From an uncultured bacterium (GTDB taxonomy: Bacteria; Verrucomicrobiota; Verrucomicrobiia; Limisphaerales; UBA8199), in the NCBI GenBank assembly GCA_963749495.1, contig CAVVMW010000015.1:32001-96000 (forward strand): a stretch of 64,000 nucleotides of DNA, written 5' to 3'. The translations under genes and the position numbers were made by a program. This document shows, in pieces, positions 11,161 through 23,211 of the stretch (the first letter of the stretch is position 1; every line of letters begins with the position of its first letter). The notes under the pieces were generated by a model. It was not told where the DNA came from. It did not search any database and worked only from the letters and a program-made list of their open reading frames with translations.

Positions 11161-11269
11161 AGGGACGAGGGTCGAGGGTCGAGGGCCTGACATCCGTCCT
11201 CCGTCCTTCGCCCTCCGTCCTCCGTCATCCGTCATTCGTCATTCGCCATTCGTCATTCGTCATTCGTCA
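11161..11269. repeat. (GAGGGTC)n then a heptamer array drifting CCGTCCT > CCGTCAT > TCGTCAT
   Basis: Read directly; 7-nt period kept while the unit changes. Confidence 0.85.
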
Positions 11270-11312
11270 CTCTCTGGCTCCCCGCTCGGTCATCATCCCT
11301 TTGGCACAACTT

Positions 11313-13510
11313 ATGAAAACCATCATCGCCGTTTTGTTTTGCTTTCTGGCTCTCAATTCCTGGGGGCAGGTGACCGGTGGCAGCCCAACCAACACCGCGC
11401 CCCCCGGCGCGACTAACACCAGCCCGGCCACGCCGGGCAGCGGCCAGGGCACGCCCATCTCGACCGCCCCGCAAGAGGTGATCTGGCTCGAGAACGCGAC
11501 TCCCCCGGGGGCCGCGTTGAGCGCGTCCCCCGACGAGCCTTGGGATTGGACCAATGCCTTTTGGAACGGCAGCGGCTTGGTCTCTCTGGCCCCCGGTTCC
11601 CTCGTGCACCTGTCCCCACTGGCCGCGGGCTGGCACCAGCACTACTTCGGGCTGCTCGGCCTCAACCTCGCGGTCAACGCCGGCGGCTCGCTCTTTGCGG
11701 ACATATACCTGCCCTGGACCAACGCGCCCTCCGCGGTGGCGCTGCGGTGGCTGGTGGGCGTGACGAACGGCACGGCCTCCGGCTCGTGGGTCCATGGCGC
11801 CTACTGGTGCGCCTCCAGCTTGGGCGCCAACGGGGCCGGCACGAACGCCGTCTATGGAGGAGCGCTGCCGCCCGCCGGGCAGTGGGCGCGCCTCTCGGTT
11901 CCCGCCGACGCGGTGGGCTTGGGCGGCCAGTTCGTGCAGGGCATCTCGTTCGCCATCTGCAACGGCGCTGCCGCCTGGGGCGCGGCGGGAGAGGTCGTGC
12001 CCGCCCCCGGCCCCAACGGCCCCGGCGCCGCGGGCGCAGGGAGCATGAGCGGCCCGGGGCCGCTCCAAGCCGGCTCGTGTGCGGGCCCTTTCCCAGCCTT
12101 GGCGGGCTGGTGGCAGGGCGAGGACAACGCCAACGATCAACTTGGGTGGTACCCCGGCCTGTGGGCGGGAACCCCAGGTTACGCCAGCGGCAAAGTGAAC
12201 CAGGCATTCGAGTTGAACAACCCCACGGGTCCGGACCCTGCGGCTCCAATTACGTCTACGTCGCCACTACCAACCTCAATGTCGGCTCGCCCGGCCTCAC
12301 CGTCGAGTGCTGGATTTATCCCTGGGACATCTCCAACCAACACCCCATCGCCGAATGGAACAACGGCACCTCGTTCGGCGTGAACTTCTGGGTTTCGGGG
12401 GCCGTGGGCAATGGGGGCCCGGGTTCGCTCTTTGGCGATGTGAAGGACACTTCCCTCCAGGACCATTGGCTGTCGAGTTACCCCGGCTACGTTTCCATGA
12501 ACACGTGGCAGCACGTGGCGTTCACATACGACCAGACCATAGGCTACGGTCTGGCCTGCCTATACTACGACGGCGACGTCGTCGCCCAAGCCTTCCTGGG
12601 CACCGTCACCCCTTTCACCGACGCCCCTCTCTATTTTGGTGTGCGCCCAGCCGACGCCGGGGCAGGCTACACCTTTGCCGGCCTTATGGACGAGGTGGGC
12701 ATCTACAACGTGGCGCTCTCACAGGCGGAGATCTGGAGCATTTACAACGCCGGCAGCGCCGGCAAATGCCTCACGCCCGCCTTCACAGGGCTCATCAACG
12801 TCAACTTCGGGGGCGGGGCTTCCAGCCAGAAGACAGGCCCCGGGGCCGTCGGCCAAGCGGCCTCCGACTTCTGGAATTATCTCGGCCCCAATGCGGGCAG
12901 CTCGATCACCAACCTCTCGAACGCCGATGGCACTCCTTCTCTGGTCGGCGTGACGGCTTCCAACCTCCTGTCCAGCGGGACGATCGGCTCGTCGGACAGC
13001 ATGTATAACGGCTACATCTCCGGCCCGAATGCTCAGAGCGGCACGCTCACGCTCACCAATTTGCCAGCGGGCAATTACAGCGTGTTCGCCTATTCTTACG
13101 ACGGGAACTTCTCGCTTGGCGCCGGTTACGGGACCGTCACCACCAGCTACAACAGCCCGCCGGCCAACCCGCCGCCCTGGGTGCCGTGGCTCCATTATGC
13201 CTCCTGGACGGGTGTCGCCGTGGGGCCCGGCCAGCCCCTGGTCTTGACCGTGCAGCCAGGGCAGCACGGGGGTTGCCCCGTTATCTGCGGCCTGCAGATC
13301 GCCGGACTCGACCCTGACAGCAGCGGGCTGCCCATCTGTTGGGAGACCGAGTACTTCGGCCACACCGGCGTGTCCCCCGGGGCCGACCCGGACAACGACG
13401 GCTTGAGCAATCTCCAGGAGTACATCATGGGCGGCAACCCCAACCGCGCGGCCGTCCTTGACACCGGCGGGACCATCCTCGGACTCCAGGTGTTCACGCC
13501 GTTGAAGTGA
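11313..13510 (+). CDS. Secreted LamG/concanavalin-like protein with TSP3-like Ca-binding motif; frameshift near 12238
   Basis: Signal MKTIIAVLFCFLALNSWG; WWQGEDNAND, LTVECWIYP, WQHVAFTYD, FAGLMDEVGIYNVALS; DPDNDGLSNLQEY; ends LQVFTPLK. Confidence 0.8.
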
Positions 13511-16500
13511 CGGAACAGGCTCAGCAACCACCACCCAGCAAAGCAACACCTATGACTACGACCATCTTGAAGTGGATAATGTCCGCGCCAACGACAGTCG
13601 CGGGGAGCGTGCTCATGTTCGGGGCCGCCCTCCAGAAGCGGCTTCCTTCGAGGACCCACTGGGCGGCCTGGCTGACGATTGGCTGGGCTGTCCTGCACCC
13701 GACGGCTCGCCTCCAGGCCCAGTTGGACGTAACCAATGGGTACGCCCAAATAACCGTAAGGTGGACGGATTGCAACAGCATCGACCAGAGGTTCCAGATA
13801 TACGAGGATTCCAACGGCACAACGAGTACGGGCCCCCAGCCGGTGTTCAGCGGATGGTTTCCAGACGAGGGGGTTGACGTGGAATACTACATCGCGGGGG
13901 CATGGGCAATCGATGGGGCTGGGCACGAAACATATGACATCCTGCATTGCGACCCCGGTAAGACCGGGTGCCAAGTCCAGACAAACTATTTAGGCGGCCT
14001 CCCTTACTCCTATACCATCAGCAAGCCGCAGAAAGGCGGTAACATTTCATTGTGGACCAAGGCGATCAGCGGTTCGGTCACCTACGGGGTTTCCGCGGCC
14101 ATCCAGATCGTGCTGCCTGCGGGGGCCACGGCGCAAACTCCAGGGGCGCTTGCGCCCCAAGGGCGCGGCTGTTGCGGCAGCACCGCCAACCGTGCAACCC
14201 CTGCTCTGGCCACGGCGCACTCGTTCGCGAACGGCCTCGACTTCAGGTTCAATCACGGGCCTGCATCTTTCTTCCTCGACGGCGCCCACATCGCCCTTTC
14301 TGCCGATGTCCCCTCGACCAGCCTCGCCACGCCCGCGGCGCTGACCGTGCCCTTTGCCCGCACCAACGTGACGGTCATCACCAACGCCGGCGTGCTTGCC
14401 CAGACAGTGACGCCCTTGGGCCTCATGAACGTCCAGACAAGCTCTGCCTACGAGTACCAACTCCAATTCTTTTACACAAACAAGGTGGCCGGCCAAACCA
14501 ACGGCCTTTACGGAACCAACGGCTCCGCCTTTGCCACCTGGGTGGTCTCCAACCCGGACACCACCACGGCCTCAAACCGGCTCTCGATCACCGAGGTCGC
14601 GGGCGGCGTGACAAACGGCCAGTATCAGTACACCTACTCCAACACCAGCACCCAGGCCAATCGCTGGGACCTGCTCCAAGCCGACCACCAGACCACCGTC
14701 TCGACGTGGCAGACTACAAATGCAAACTCCCTACTCACCAACTACTTCACCCAGGTCACCTCGGGCGCTAGCGTCCTCAGCTTCCTTGGCGTCTCCCTTG
14801 TTTACGTCCCCGGCATCACGAACGTCCTGACCAACTCCGTAACCCAGGGGAGTGGAACCGACACGCAAACGACAACCTACACCTATTACACAAACAATAG
14901 CCCCGCCGGGAGCCTCAGCTCAAACCAAGTTCAGCGGATCGATTACCCGGACGGCGGCTGGATTTACTACATGTACGACGACAGTGGCCGGGTTACCAAC
15001 CAGTATTCCACTTACCTCAACTACCCGCCCCCTGCCGCCGGCACACAGCCTAACCCGCCGACGGTCGATCACTGCAAACAGACGGCTTACTCCTTTGCCT
15101 CACAGGTTGGCGGCGCGGACGGCGGAACGAACTTTCCCTCCCGGGCCCGGCTCGTCACCGTCAGCCTCCCGGTCATGGTGTACGGCGCCTGGCAACTCCA
15201 AGAGGTCTCCCGCATCCTCCGCAGCGCCACCAACTGCTACGCCGAACAACAGGTCTGCCCGCAGCCGGGGGCACACTGGTGCAACCGCGGAAATCTGAGG
15301 ACGATCCAATTCACCTATCCCAATAGCATCACTGATCTGGCCAGCTCCGGGCGCCCGCAGTCCATTTCGAATCCCGACGGCACGGCCACCGTCTATACCT
15401 ACCAGCAGACGGCCACCAATTTCACCACCATAACCTGCTCCGGGATGCCCGACTCCTGGGCCCAGCCCTCCAACATCCTCTACGGCACGCAAAACACCAC
15501 GGTCATCGATTCGCTCGGCCGCACCGTGTCCAGCGAAGCCCAGGACATCGCAGGACAAACGGTGCTCTCCCACGACACCTACTCCTACTTGAGCGGCGAC
15601 CACCTTGGCCAAAGCTACACGCTGACCGACCTTGCGGGCCGGGCGACCACCTACAGCTACTCCTGCTGCGGCCTTGAGAGCGTGCTCGATCCCGACAGCG
15701 TGACGACACGGTACACCTACGACTCGAACAAGAACGAAGTTGCCACCCTCACCATGCGCGGCTCCCAAAACGGTGTCACACTGACCAACGTTCTCGACGG
15801 GCTGGGCCGGGTGTTCGCCACACTGCGCATCGGCACAAACGGCAACGCCATCACACTCGCCGAGTACCAGTACCGACTCCCTGGGCCGCGTATCGCAGGA
15901 AATGAACGCGCTGGGCGGCGTCACCACCCACGCGTATGCCGTGGTCAACAGCCAGGCCTGCGTCACCAACACCTACCCCGACGGTGGCACGCACATCGAG
16001 ATCTATTATCGTGATGGGCGCTTGGCCGCGGTCAGCGGCACCGCCGTCTCGCCCGTCCGGTACCAATATGCCATCGAACAGGACACCGACGGCACCTGGC
16101 GCCAGTTCACCCTGCAAATCAAGCTCGATAGCCTCGGCGGCACCAACGAGTGGACCAAGACCTACACCGATGGCGCCGGCCGCGCCTACAAGACCGTTTA
16201 TGCGGCCTACAGCGGCGCCCCTTGCTCCATCTCCTATTACAACGCCAACGGCCAGCTCACCAACACCATCGACCCTGACGGCGTCTCGACCCTTTACGCC
16301 TACAACCCCAAGGGTGAGCAGGTCCTCACCGTGCTTGACATGAACACGAACCACGTCATCAACTTCTCGGGCACCGACCGCATCACGTTCACTACCAACA
16401 ACGTCGCGACCGACCACGGTGCAACGGTGCGGCGCACGCAAGTCTATGCCTGGAACACGAGTGGCAACTCCTCGAACCTGGTCTCCACAACCGAGGCCTC

Positions 16501-19500
16501 GACCACCGGCCTCATGAACTGGAGCACGACCTGGAACAACGGCCTGCCCGTCACCAGCCAGGCCATAACCACTTACGGGGCAAACGGAAACCGCTGGCTC
16601 ACCAACGTCGCCCCGGACAACTCGTACACTGTCAGCGCCTACCTCTACGGCTTGCTGGTCTCGGTCACCCGCTATGACTCGGCTGGCGCGCAACTGGGCG
16701 CCACCTCCTACGATTACGACCCCCATGGCCGCCAGTACAGCGTGGCCGACACCCGCAACGGCGCCACCACCAACACGTTCAACAACGCCGACCAGCTCGC
16801 CACCGTGACCACCCCCGCCCCCGGGCCCGGCCAGGCCCCCCAGATCACCACCACCACCTACTACGACACGTCATTGAGGGCCACAAACATCGTCCAACCC
16901 GACGGCACGAGCGTCGCCAACACTTATGACCCCAGGGGGCTGCTCCTCACCAATTCCGGCTCCCGCACCTACCCCGTTGCCTACACCTACGACGCCCAGG
17001 GCCGGATGAAAACCATGACCACGTGGCAGAACTACTCGAACCGTGCCGGCGCCTCCACAACCACCTGGAATTACGACAGCTACCGCGGCTGGCTCACCTA
17101 CAAGAACTACAACGGCGCCGGCTGGACCCCCTTTTATACATACACCCCCGCCGGCCGCCTTCAGACCCGCACCTGGTTCCGCGGTGTCACCACCACTTAC
17201 GCTTACAACAATGTCGGCGCACTCAGCGCCGTTACCTATTCGGATTCCACTCCTGCCCTCGGCTACTGCTACAATCGCCTCGGCCGCCAAACCGCCGTCA
17301 CCAACGGCGCCGCCCTCACCCTCCTCTCTTACAACGATGCCGGCCAACTCCTGGCCGAGACCAACAGCGCCGGCCCCCTTGCCGGCCTGGCCGTCGCCTC
17401 CGGCTACGACCAACTCCTTCGCCGGACCAGCCTGGCCCTCCAGCAATCCGGCAATCCATTCGTCCAACAATCCTTCGGGTTTGACGCCGCCTCCCGCCTC
17501 CTGACCGCCAGCGACGGCGCCAACAACACCGCCACGTACTCTTATCTTGCCAACTCGCCCCTGGTCGGCCAAATTACCTTTGCCAACAACGGGACGACCC
17601 GGATGACGACGACCAAACAGTACGATGCCCTGAACCGGCTGACGCAGATTTCGACTGTCAACGGTGGACTGCGGACTGTGGACTTGCACGCCTACGGCTG
17701 CAACAGCGCCAGCCAGCGCACGAGCATGACCAACGCCGACAACTGGTACTGGGTCTATGCCTACGATCCCCTTGGGCAGCTTACCAATGCGCACAAGTAT
17801 TGGGGGGATGGCTCGCTTGTCTCGGGCCAGCAATTCCAGTACCAGTTCGACACCATCGGCAACCGCACCGGCACGGACGCCGGGGGCGACCAGACCGGCG
17901 CCAACCTCCGCCACGCGAATTACACGGTCAACGGCTGCGGCCTCAATCAGTACCGCAACCGCGTCGTGCCCGGCTACGTACAGAGCCTGGGCACGGCCAG
18001 TCCCAGCGCGAACGTCGCCCTATGGAGCACCAACGGCTCGTATGCCCAGGCCTTTCGCAAGGGCGCCTACTTCCGCGCGGAACTGCCCGTGGCCAACGCC
18101 AACGGTCCGCTCTGGCTGGCCCTGACCAACATGGCCCTGCTGCCCGGGGGTTCTTCGGGCACGGACGTCCTCGCCACCGCCACAGGCAACTTCTTCGTCG
18201 CCCAAACCCCCGAGTGGTTCCAGTACCGACCTGGATGGCAACCTGCTGAGCGATGGCCGCTGGAGCTACACCTGGGACGCCGAAAACCGGCTGATCAACC
18301 TGACCAGCCTGGCCAGCGCCCCGTCCGGCTCACGGCTCAAGCTGGATTTCACCTATGACTACAAAGGCCGGCGAATCCAGAAGGTCGTCTCGACCTGGAA
18401 CGGCTCACAATACCTCCTCCAGAGCACCCGCCTGTTCCTCTACGACGGCTGGAACCCGGTTGCCCGGCTCATGCCTGCGGGCGAGGCCGCTTCTCTCCTG
18501 TCGAATGGCGACTTCGAGGCCCCGGTGGAGTCCGCGGACTCGTACAACTATGACGTGTTTCCCACCGGGTGGTTCGGGAGTGTGGAGTATCTGTTCAACG
18601 TGCCGCCCCCGGGGCCATTCCTTGCGTTCGGCGCCCAGTGGCCCGCGGCGTATAGCGGGAACCAATACGCGGATGTGGCGGGGCAGCCGGTTTCCTATCT
18701 TGCGCAGAGCTTCACCGTGCCGCAGCCTGGCGACGTGTACAACCTGGTATGGTATGACAACACCTACCAGGCTCCGGGCGATGCCAGCGGGCCCTATTCG
18801 GTCGAGGTGCTGGACTCCAACTCCAATCCCGTGAGCGGCAGCACCGGCAACTACAACGCCTGGCGCCCGAGCGGGGCCTGGGCGATGCAGTCGTTGACCT
18901 TCTCGCTCTGCCCAGGCACTTACACGCTCAAATTCTATTGCCCCGGTTGGGACGAGAGCGAGCCCCTGCTGGACAATGTCTCTTTGAAGCCGGTTATCCC
19001 GGTGGAATACTACCTTTGGGGCCTGGACCTTTCGGGCACGCCGCAGGGCGCCGGCCTGCCGGGCCAAAGCGGAGCGACGGCTGGCGGGGTGGGCGGCCTG
19101 CTCGATGTCAACGACGCCGCCAACGGCGCCCACTTCGCCGCTTATGACGGCAACGGAAATATCTCCGGCCTGGTGAGTGCCGCCGGAGGCACGAACTCCG
19201 CTCTCTACGAATACGGCCCCTTCGGCGAACTCCTCCGCGCCACCGGCCCCATGGCCAAGGCAAACCCGCTCCGGTTCTCCACCAAATACCAGGATGACGA
19301 GACGGACCTACTGTATTACGGGCGTCGCTATTTGAACACATCAACGGGAAGGTGGATCAACCGGGACCCGATTGGGCGGAAGGGCGGGGCAAACCTCTAT
19401 GGCTTTGTCGGCAACTCGCCGCTGAGCACATTCGATAACCTGGGTCTCGTGGCAATTCCACCTGGTTGGCCCAGCCCATACGGCAGCGGTATGGGCTATT

Positions 19501-19940
19501 ATGTGTGCCCGAAATGCTGGTGCAGGGAGGCTTCATGGGAGTTCGTGCCGGGGGGCAGGGCACCGCAATTCCATATTTACCCCGATCCAATTCCAGGGCA
19601 CAACAACGCAGATAGGTGGGGAAGCCAGTTGCACGTTCGGTGGACGGTGGTCGGCGATCCTAGCTTCTGCCACTATTACCAAGACGAAACGAACAGCGCC
19701 ATGATTGCCTACGGGCCGGACGGTCAGGTATTTGCCACCGGTGTGGGGAGCAATGCCGATATTGATATGGGCCCGGACTATTACGATCCGATGGGCTTCA
19801 ACCCTATTCCCCATGGGACTTACGAGGTGCGGGGCGTGTGGACGATCTCGTTAAGGTGTGTGTCGAGCGACCCTAAAATACGGCCGGTTATCCAGCCCGT
19901 CGGGGCATTCATCATCGACGAGGGCTTCACGTACCCATAA
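13507..19940 (+). CDS. Large RHS/YD-repeat protein (about 2100 aa after repair of +1 frameshifts at 15874 and 18227) with a variable C-terminal domain
   Basis: Many YD/YxY repeats; core motifs FLYDGWN, WGLDLSG, YEYGPFGE, RFSTKYQDDETDLLYYGRRY, GRWINRDPIG, NLYGFVGNSPLSTFDNLGL; alternative start 13552. Confidence 0.9.
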
Positions 19941-20005
19941 ACAACGACTTGGGGGGTATGCCGCATAAAACCGACGCCTGGTCACCACTTGCACGAAGCA
20001 CATTT

Positions 20006-20485
20006 ATGCAGCCTCGCCAGCGCCGCCTCACATTCCGACGGGAGCCGAATGTCACCAGTCTCCTACGTCTGGCGCTCACTGTTCTATCAATCGGGGTGAC
20101 CATGCTGACCGGCTGCAAGACCAGCACAGAACATCCTGGTTACCCGGAGGACCTACGAGCAGCTGCTAGGGAATTTGCCTCCAAGGACCCATCCAACAGG
20201 TTGGTCGAAGCTAGGAGGCTGCTTGAGGCTCTCCCGAAGTGCCCGGTCAGATCCGTGGGTCCCACGTTCATGGGCGAAGCGATCTCCTACGATTACTCGA
20301 AGCCTGAGTATGTGCTGTATCGCAGCGATCTGTTGAACCTTCTGGGACCTCCCGATTCGCATGGAATGAATTCATGCTCCTATCGCATTGAGCATAAGAC
20401 GGGGAGCAAGGTGACCTGGTATTTGTACATCAGCTTCCGCAGCAACTACGTTGTCTTTGCGAACCTTTACTCGGATTCCAGGTAG
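20006..20485 (+). CDS. Lipoprotein downstream of RHS (candidate cognate immunity protein)
   Basis: Hydrophobic stretch and MLTG-C lipobox; DLLNLLGPPD motif; lower GC3; position immediately after the RHS gene. Confidence 0.65.
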   Translation: MQPRQRRLTFRREPNVTSLLRLALTVLSIGVTMLTGCKTSTEHPGYPEDLRAAAREFASKDPSNRLVEARRLLEALPKCPVRSVGPTFMGEAISYDYSKPEYVLYRSDLLNLLGPPDSHGMNSCSYRIEHKTGSKVTWYLYISFRSNYVVFANLYSDSR

Positions 20486-20725
20486 TTGTTCAGCCTCCAG
20501 AGAGTGAGTGCCGCATCTTGGGAGCCACTCCGCCCCTGGTTCCTCCCAGCTAAACATCTGGCACGACACGCCCTGGTGCCCGCGCTCCACACGTACCCCC
20601 ATAGCCCTCAATCAAGAGAGCTACAGGAGCACAGGTGCAGAGGGGTGGGCGTTGGTGTGTGGCTCAGAGGCTGCGGCGCTCTTCACGGCAGGGTCGAATG
20701 GGAGGGGTCAAACCAGTGAAGTGAA

Positions 20726-20902
20726 GTGAAGGGGTCAAACCATAACTTTTCACTTGACGGGACGCCAGGGGTACTGGCAGAGTGTTGCCGATGCTGCGGC
20801 AAATCAGGAAAAGGGGTCGGGTGAAGGGGTCAAACCATAACTTTTCACTTGACGGGACGCCAGGGGTACTGGCAGAGTGTTGCCGATGCCGCGGCAAATC
20901 AG
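20726..20902 (+). repeat. 82-bp direct duplication of the RAYT left end (TIR, promoter and first codons)
   Basis: 20726-20807 matches 20821-20902 with one mismatch. Confidence 0.9.
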
Positions 20903-21858
20903 AGTCGAATACCCCGGGGCGATTTACCACATCTTGAGCCGTGGGGACCGCCGGGAAGACATTTACCTGGATGACGTGGACCGGCAGGACTTTCTCAAGA
21001 CGCTGGCCGAGTGCTGCCAGAAGACCGGTTTCCAGGTCCATGCCTACTGTCTGATGCGCAACCATTTCCACCTGGTCGTCGAAACGCCCAACGCCAATCT
21101 GTTGGCGGGAATGCGCTGGCTGCTGAGCAGCTATACCATCCGGCTCAACGGCCGGCACAAGCTTTCCGGTCACGTGTTCAGCGGACGCTACAAGGCGATT
21201 GTGGTCGAGGGCAGCGGCAACGGGTATCTGCGCACGGCCTGTGACTACGTGCATCTGAATCCGGTCCGGGCAGGGCTGTTGGGTAGGGAAGAACGCTTGT
21301 TGGAGTATCCCTGGAGCAGCTTGGCTTGGTATTTGGCCGCGCCGGAACACCGACCGGGCTGGATGCGGGTGGACCGCTTGCTGGGCGAACACGGGATCCA
21401 AAAAGACACCGCTTGCGGACGAGAGCAGTTTGAGCGGCAGATGGAGCGCCGCCGCACCGAGGAGGACGATGCGGCCCAATGGAAACCACTAAAGCGCGGC
21501 TGGTGTCTGGGCAGCGAGGAGTTCCGCGCCAAGCTGTTGGAGCAGATGGAGGCGCGCCTGAGTGATCAGCATTCGGGGAAGTTGAGGCGTGAGAGCGCCG
21601 AAGCCAAAGGGGAGCGCATCGTTGCGGAGGAGTTGAAGCGTTTGCGATGGAGCCAGGATGACTTGAAGGGGCACTTGAAGGGCGACCCGGCAAAGCTGGC
21701 CCTGGCGGCGCGGTTGCGGCGCGAGACCACCTTGACCATCCGCCAAATCGCCGAGCGGTTGCACATGGGCAGTTGGAAGAGCCTGAACAACAAGCTGTAT
21801 CTGCGCCGCAAGACCGAGCCGGAGGAGGTCAAAAAGTGAAAAGTTATTGTTTGACCCC
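20826..21858 (+). mobile_element. RAYT element bounded by 23-bp inverted repeats GGGGTCAAACCATAACTTTTCAC / GTGAAAAGTTATTGTTTGACCCC
   Basis: IRs at 20826-20848 and 21836-21858 (one mismatch); the right IR contains the stop codon. Confidence 0.8.
20886..21839 (+). CDS. REP-associated tyrosine transposase-like HUH/Y1 protein with C-terminal HTH extension
   Basis: YHILSRG, AYCLMRNHFHLVV (HUH), GHVFSGRYKA, YVHLNPVRAG, YPWSS; C-terminal LTIRQIAERLHM. Confidence 0.9.
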   Translation: MPRQIRVEYPGAIYHILSRGDRREDIYLDDVDRQDFLKTLAECCQKTGFQVHAYCLMRNHFHLVVETPNANLLAGMRWLLSSYTIRLNGRHKLSGHVFSGRYKAIVVEGSGNGYLRTACDYVHLNPVRAGLLGREERLLEYPWSSLAWYLAAPEHRPGWMRVDRLLGEHGIQKDTACGREQFERQMERRRTEEDDAAQWKPLKRGWCLGSEEFRAKLLEQMEARLSDQHSGKLRRESAEAKGERIVAEELKRLRWSQDDLKGHLKGDPAKLALAARLRRETTLTIRQIAERLHMGSWKSLNNKLYLRRKTEPEEVKK

Positions 21859-21909
21859 TCCTCCCAAAGGCGTTAGTTAGTTAACAAGCGACACGCACAG
21901 GACCTGCCT

Positions 21910-22422
21910 ATGAACAGCAGAACCACCGACCGCCCAAGAGGCCCATTCGTTTGGTTTGGGCTAGCCCTAGCCACGGCCTTAGCTTGCACGGCTGGTTGTA
22001 GAACCGTGCGTACGGCAAATCCCGAGCTTGCCGTTGCAGTGGACAGGAGCCATTTTCCAGCGTTATTGGATGTTCTGCTGTCCAACCGGACGGCGCAAGC
22101 GGTGCGCATCTGGGAATGGGCTAATTCATGGGGCTGGGACAACCTGTCGGTCCAAATACAGGAGGAACGTAAGCGAGAGCTGTTCTGGGTCGTTCGGAAG
22201 GAAACGAGCTTTAGCAGGAACGGCCCCACATTCGACGTCCTCGGGCCGCAGGAGAGCCTCATCAGGAAGATCAACACGGGCGACGGTTGGTGGACAATTC
22301 CTCCGGGCATCAACCTGACGAACGACCACTACCGGCTTCGAGTCCGATTGCGGATTGCTCCATCACGGGAGGCCCGAAAGTGTCATGTTTTCGTCGGGGA
22401 GGTCTATAGCGATTGGAAGTAG
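21910..22422 (+). CDS. Hypothetical lipoprotein (candidate orphan immunity protein)
   Basis: FVWFGLALATALACTAG-C signal/lipobox; atypical codon usage; lies in the RHS downstream region. Confidence 0.55.
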   Translation: MNSRTTDRPRGPFVWFGLALATALACTAGCRTVRTANPELAVAVDRSHFPALLDVLLSNRTAQAVRIWEWANSWGWDNLSVQIQEERKRELFWVVRKETSFSRNGPTFDVLGPQESLIRKINTGDGWWTIPPGINLTNDHYRLRVRLRIAPSREARKCHVFVGEVYSDWK

Positions 22423-23050
22423 GAAACGAAAAGGGGTTAATGAGAATGTACTATTTCATTGGCGGGCAAATGAAGGGCTCAATCCGTAAAGGGGTCAGCC
22501 ATTAGGGCACTGATCAAGTAAAAAAACGTTGTACGTCCAGCTTTTTTTCCAAACCGTTTTCGCCGCAACTTTTTAGCCACCGTGCGGGCACCGACTCGAT
22601 CCTGCGTTTTCGTTGTGTGAATCGGATCTTCGCGGGGGTTACCCGTCGAGGCGATCCGTTCAGTCAGCCATCTGGGTCTAGCGCGTTTGGGGCTGATGCC
22701 CTGGGTGAACCAAATTTCGAACCGAAAGGAGCGGACGAGATATCTCCGGCCCTGCTCCCTCCGGCTCGGTTTTATTGGTCCACCATTCTATTACCACACG
22801 CGTTGGTTTTGGCAAGCGCGTGCGTTCACCAACTCTGCGCCCATCCCGCCACCGGCGGGACCAGAAAACTTTCAGTGCCGGGCCGCGTTCATTCAATTGA
22901 AAAGAGCTGTGGTTCCCAGGAGACATTGCTGCCCCCGGAGTCCAACCCGTTTCTGACTCGCGGCACGGTCGAATCGCCTGCAAAGCGTCTTTAAGCTGCG
23001 TTAATATAAATCGTGAGGAGAGCAACCGTCTCCAATCAACCCACGGAAAG

Positions 23051-23161
23051 GGGTCAAACCATAACTTTTCACATTGACAACGAATTTTGCAGGCAAAACG
23101 AAGACCAAAGGACCAAAGTGAGAGGACCCATAAGTGAAAAGTTATGGTTTGACCCGTTTGA
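23051..23161. mobile_element. Non-autonomous MITE/REPIN with the RAYT-element ends, full copy
   Basis: Perfect 22-bp IR GGGTCAAACCATAACTTTTCAC (23051-23072) / GTGAAAAGTTATGGTTTGACCC (23134-23155); left-truncated copies at 23452-23553 and 23768-23869. Confidence 0.85.
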
Positions 23162-23211
23162 GTTTGATAAATCGGGGTCACATCTATACTTTGTTACAAT
23201 GTGAACCTCAC

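Noticed and set aside
22440..23045. ORFs or IS remnant between the second lipoprotein and the MITE
   Set aside because: No recognisable protein motif or paired IR; only degenerate GGGGTC motifs at the left edge
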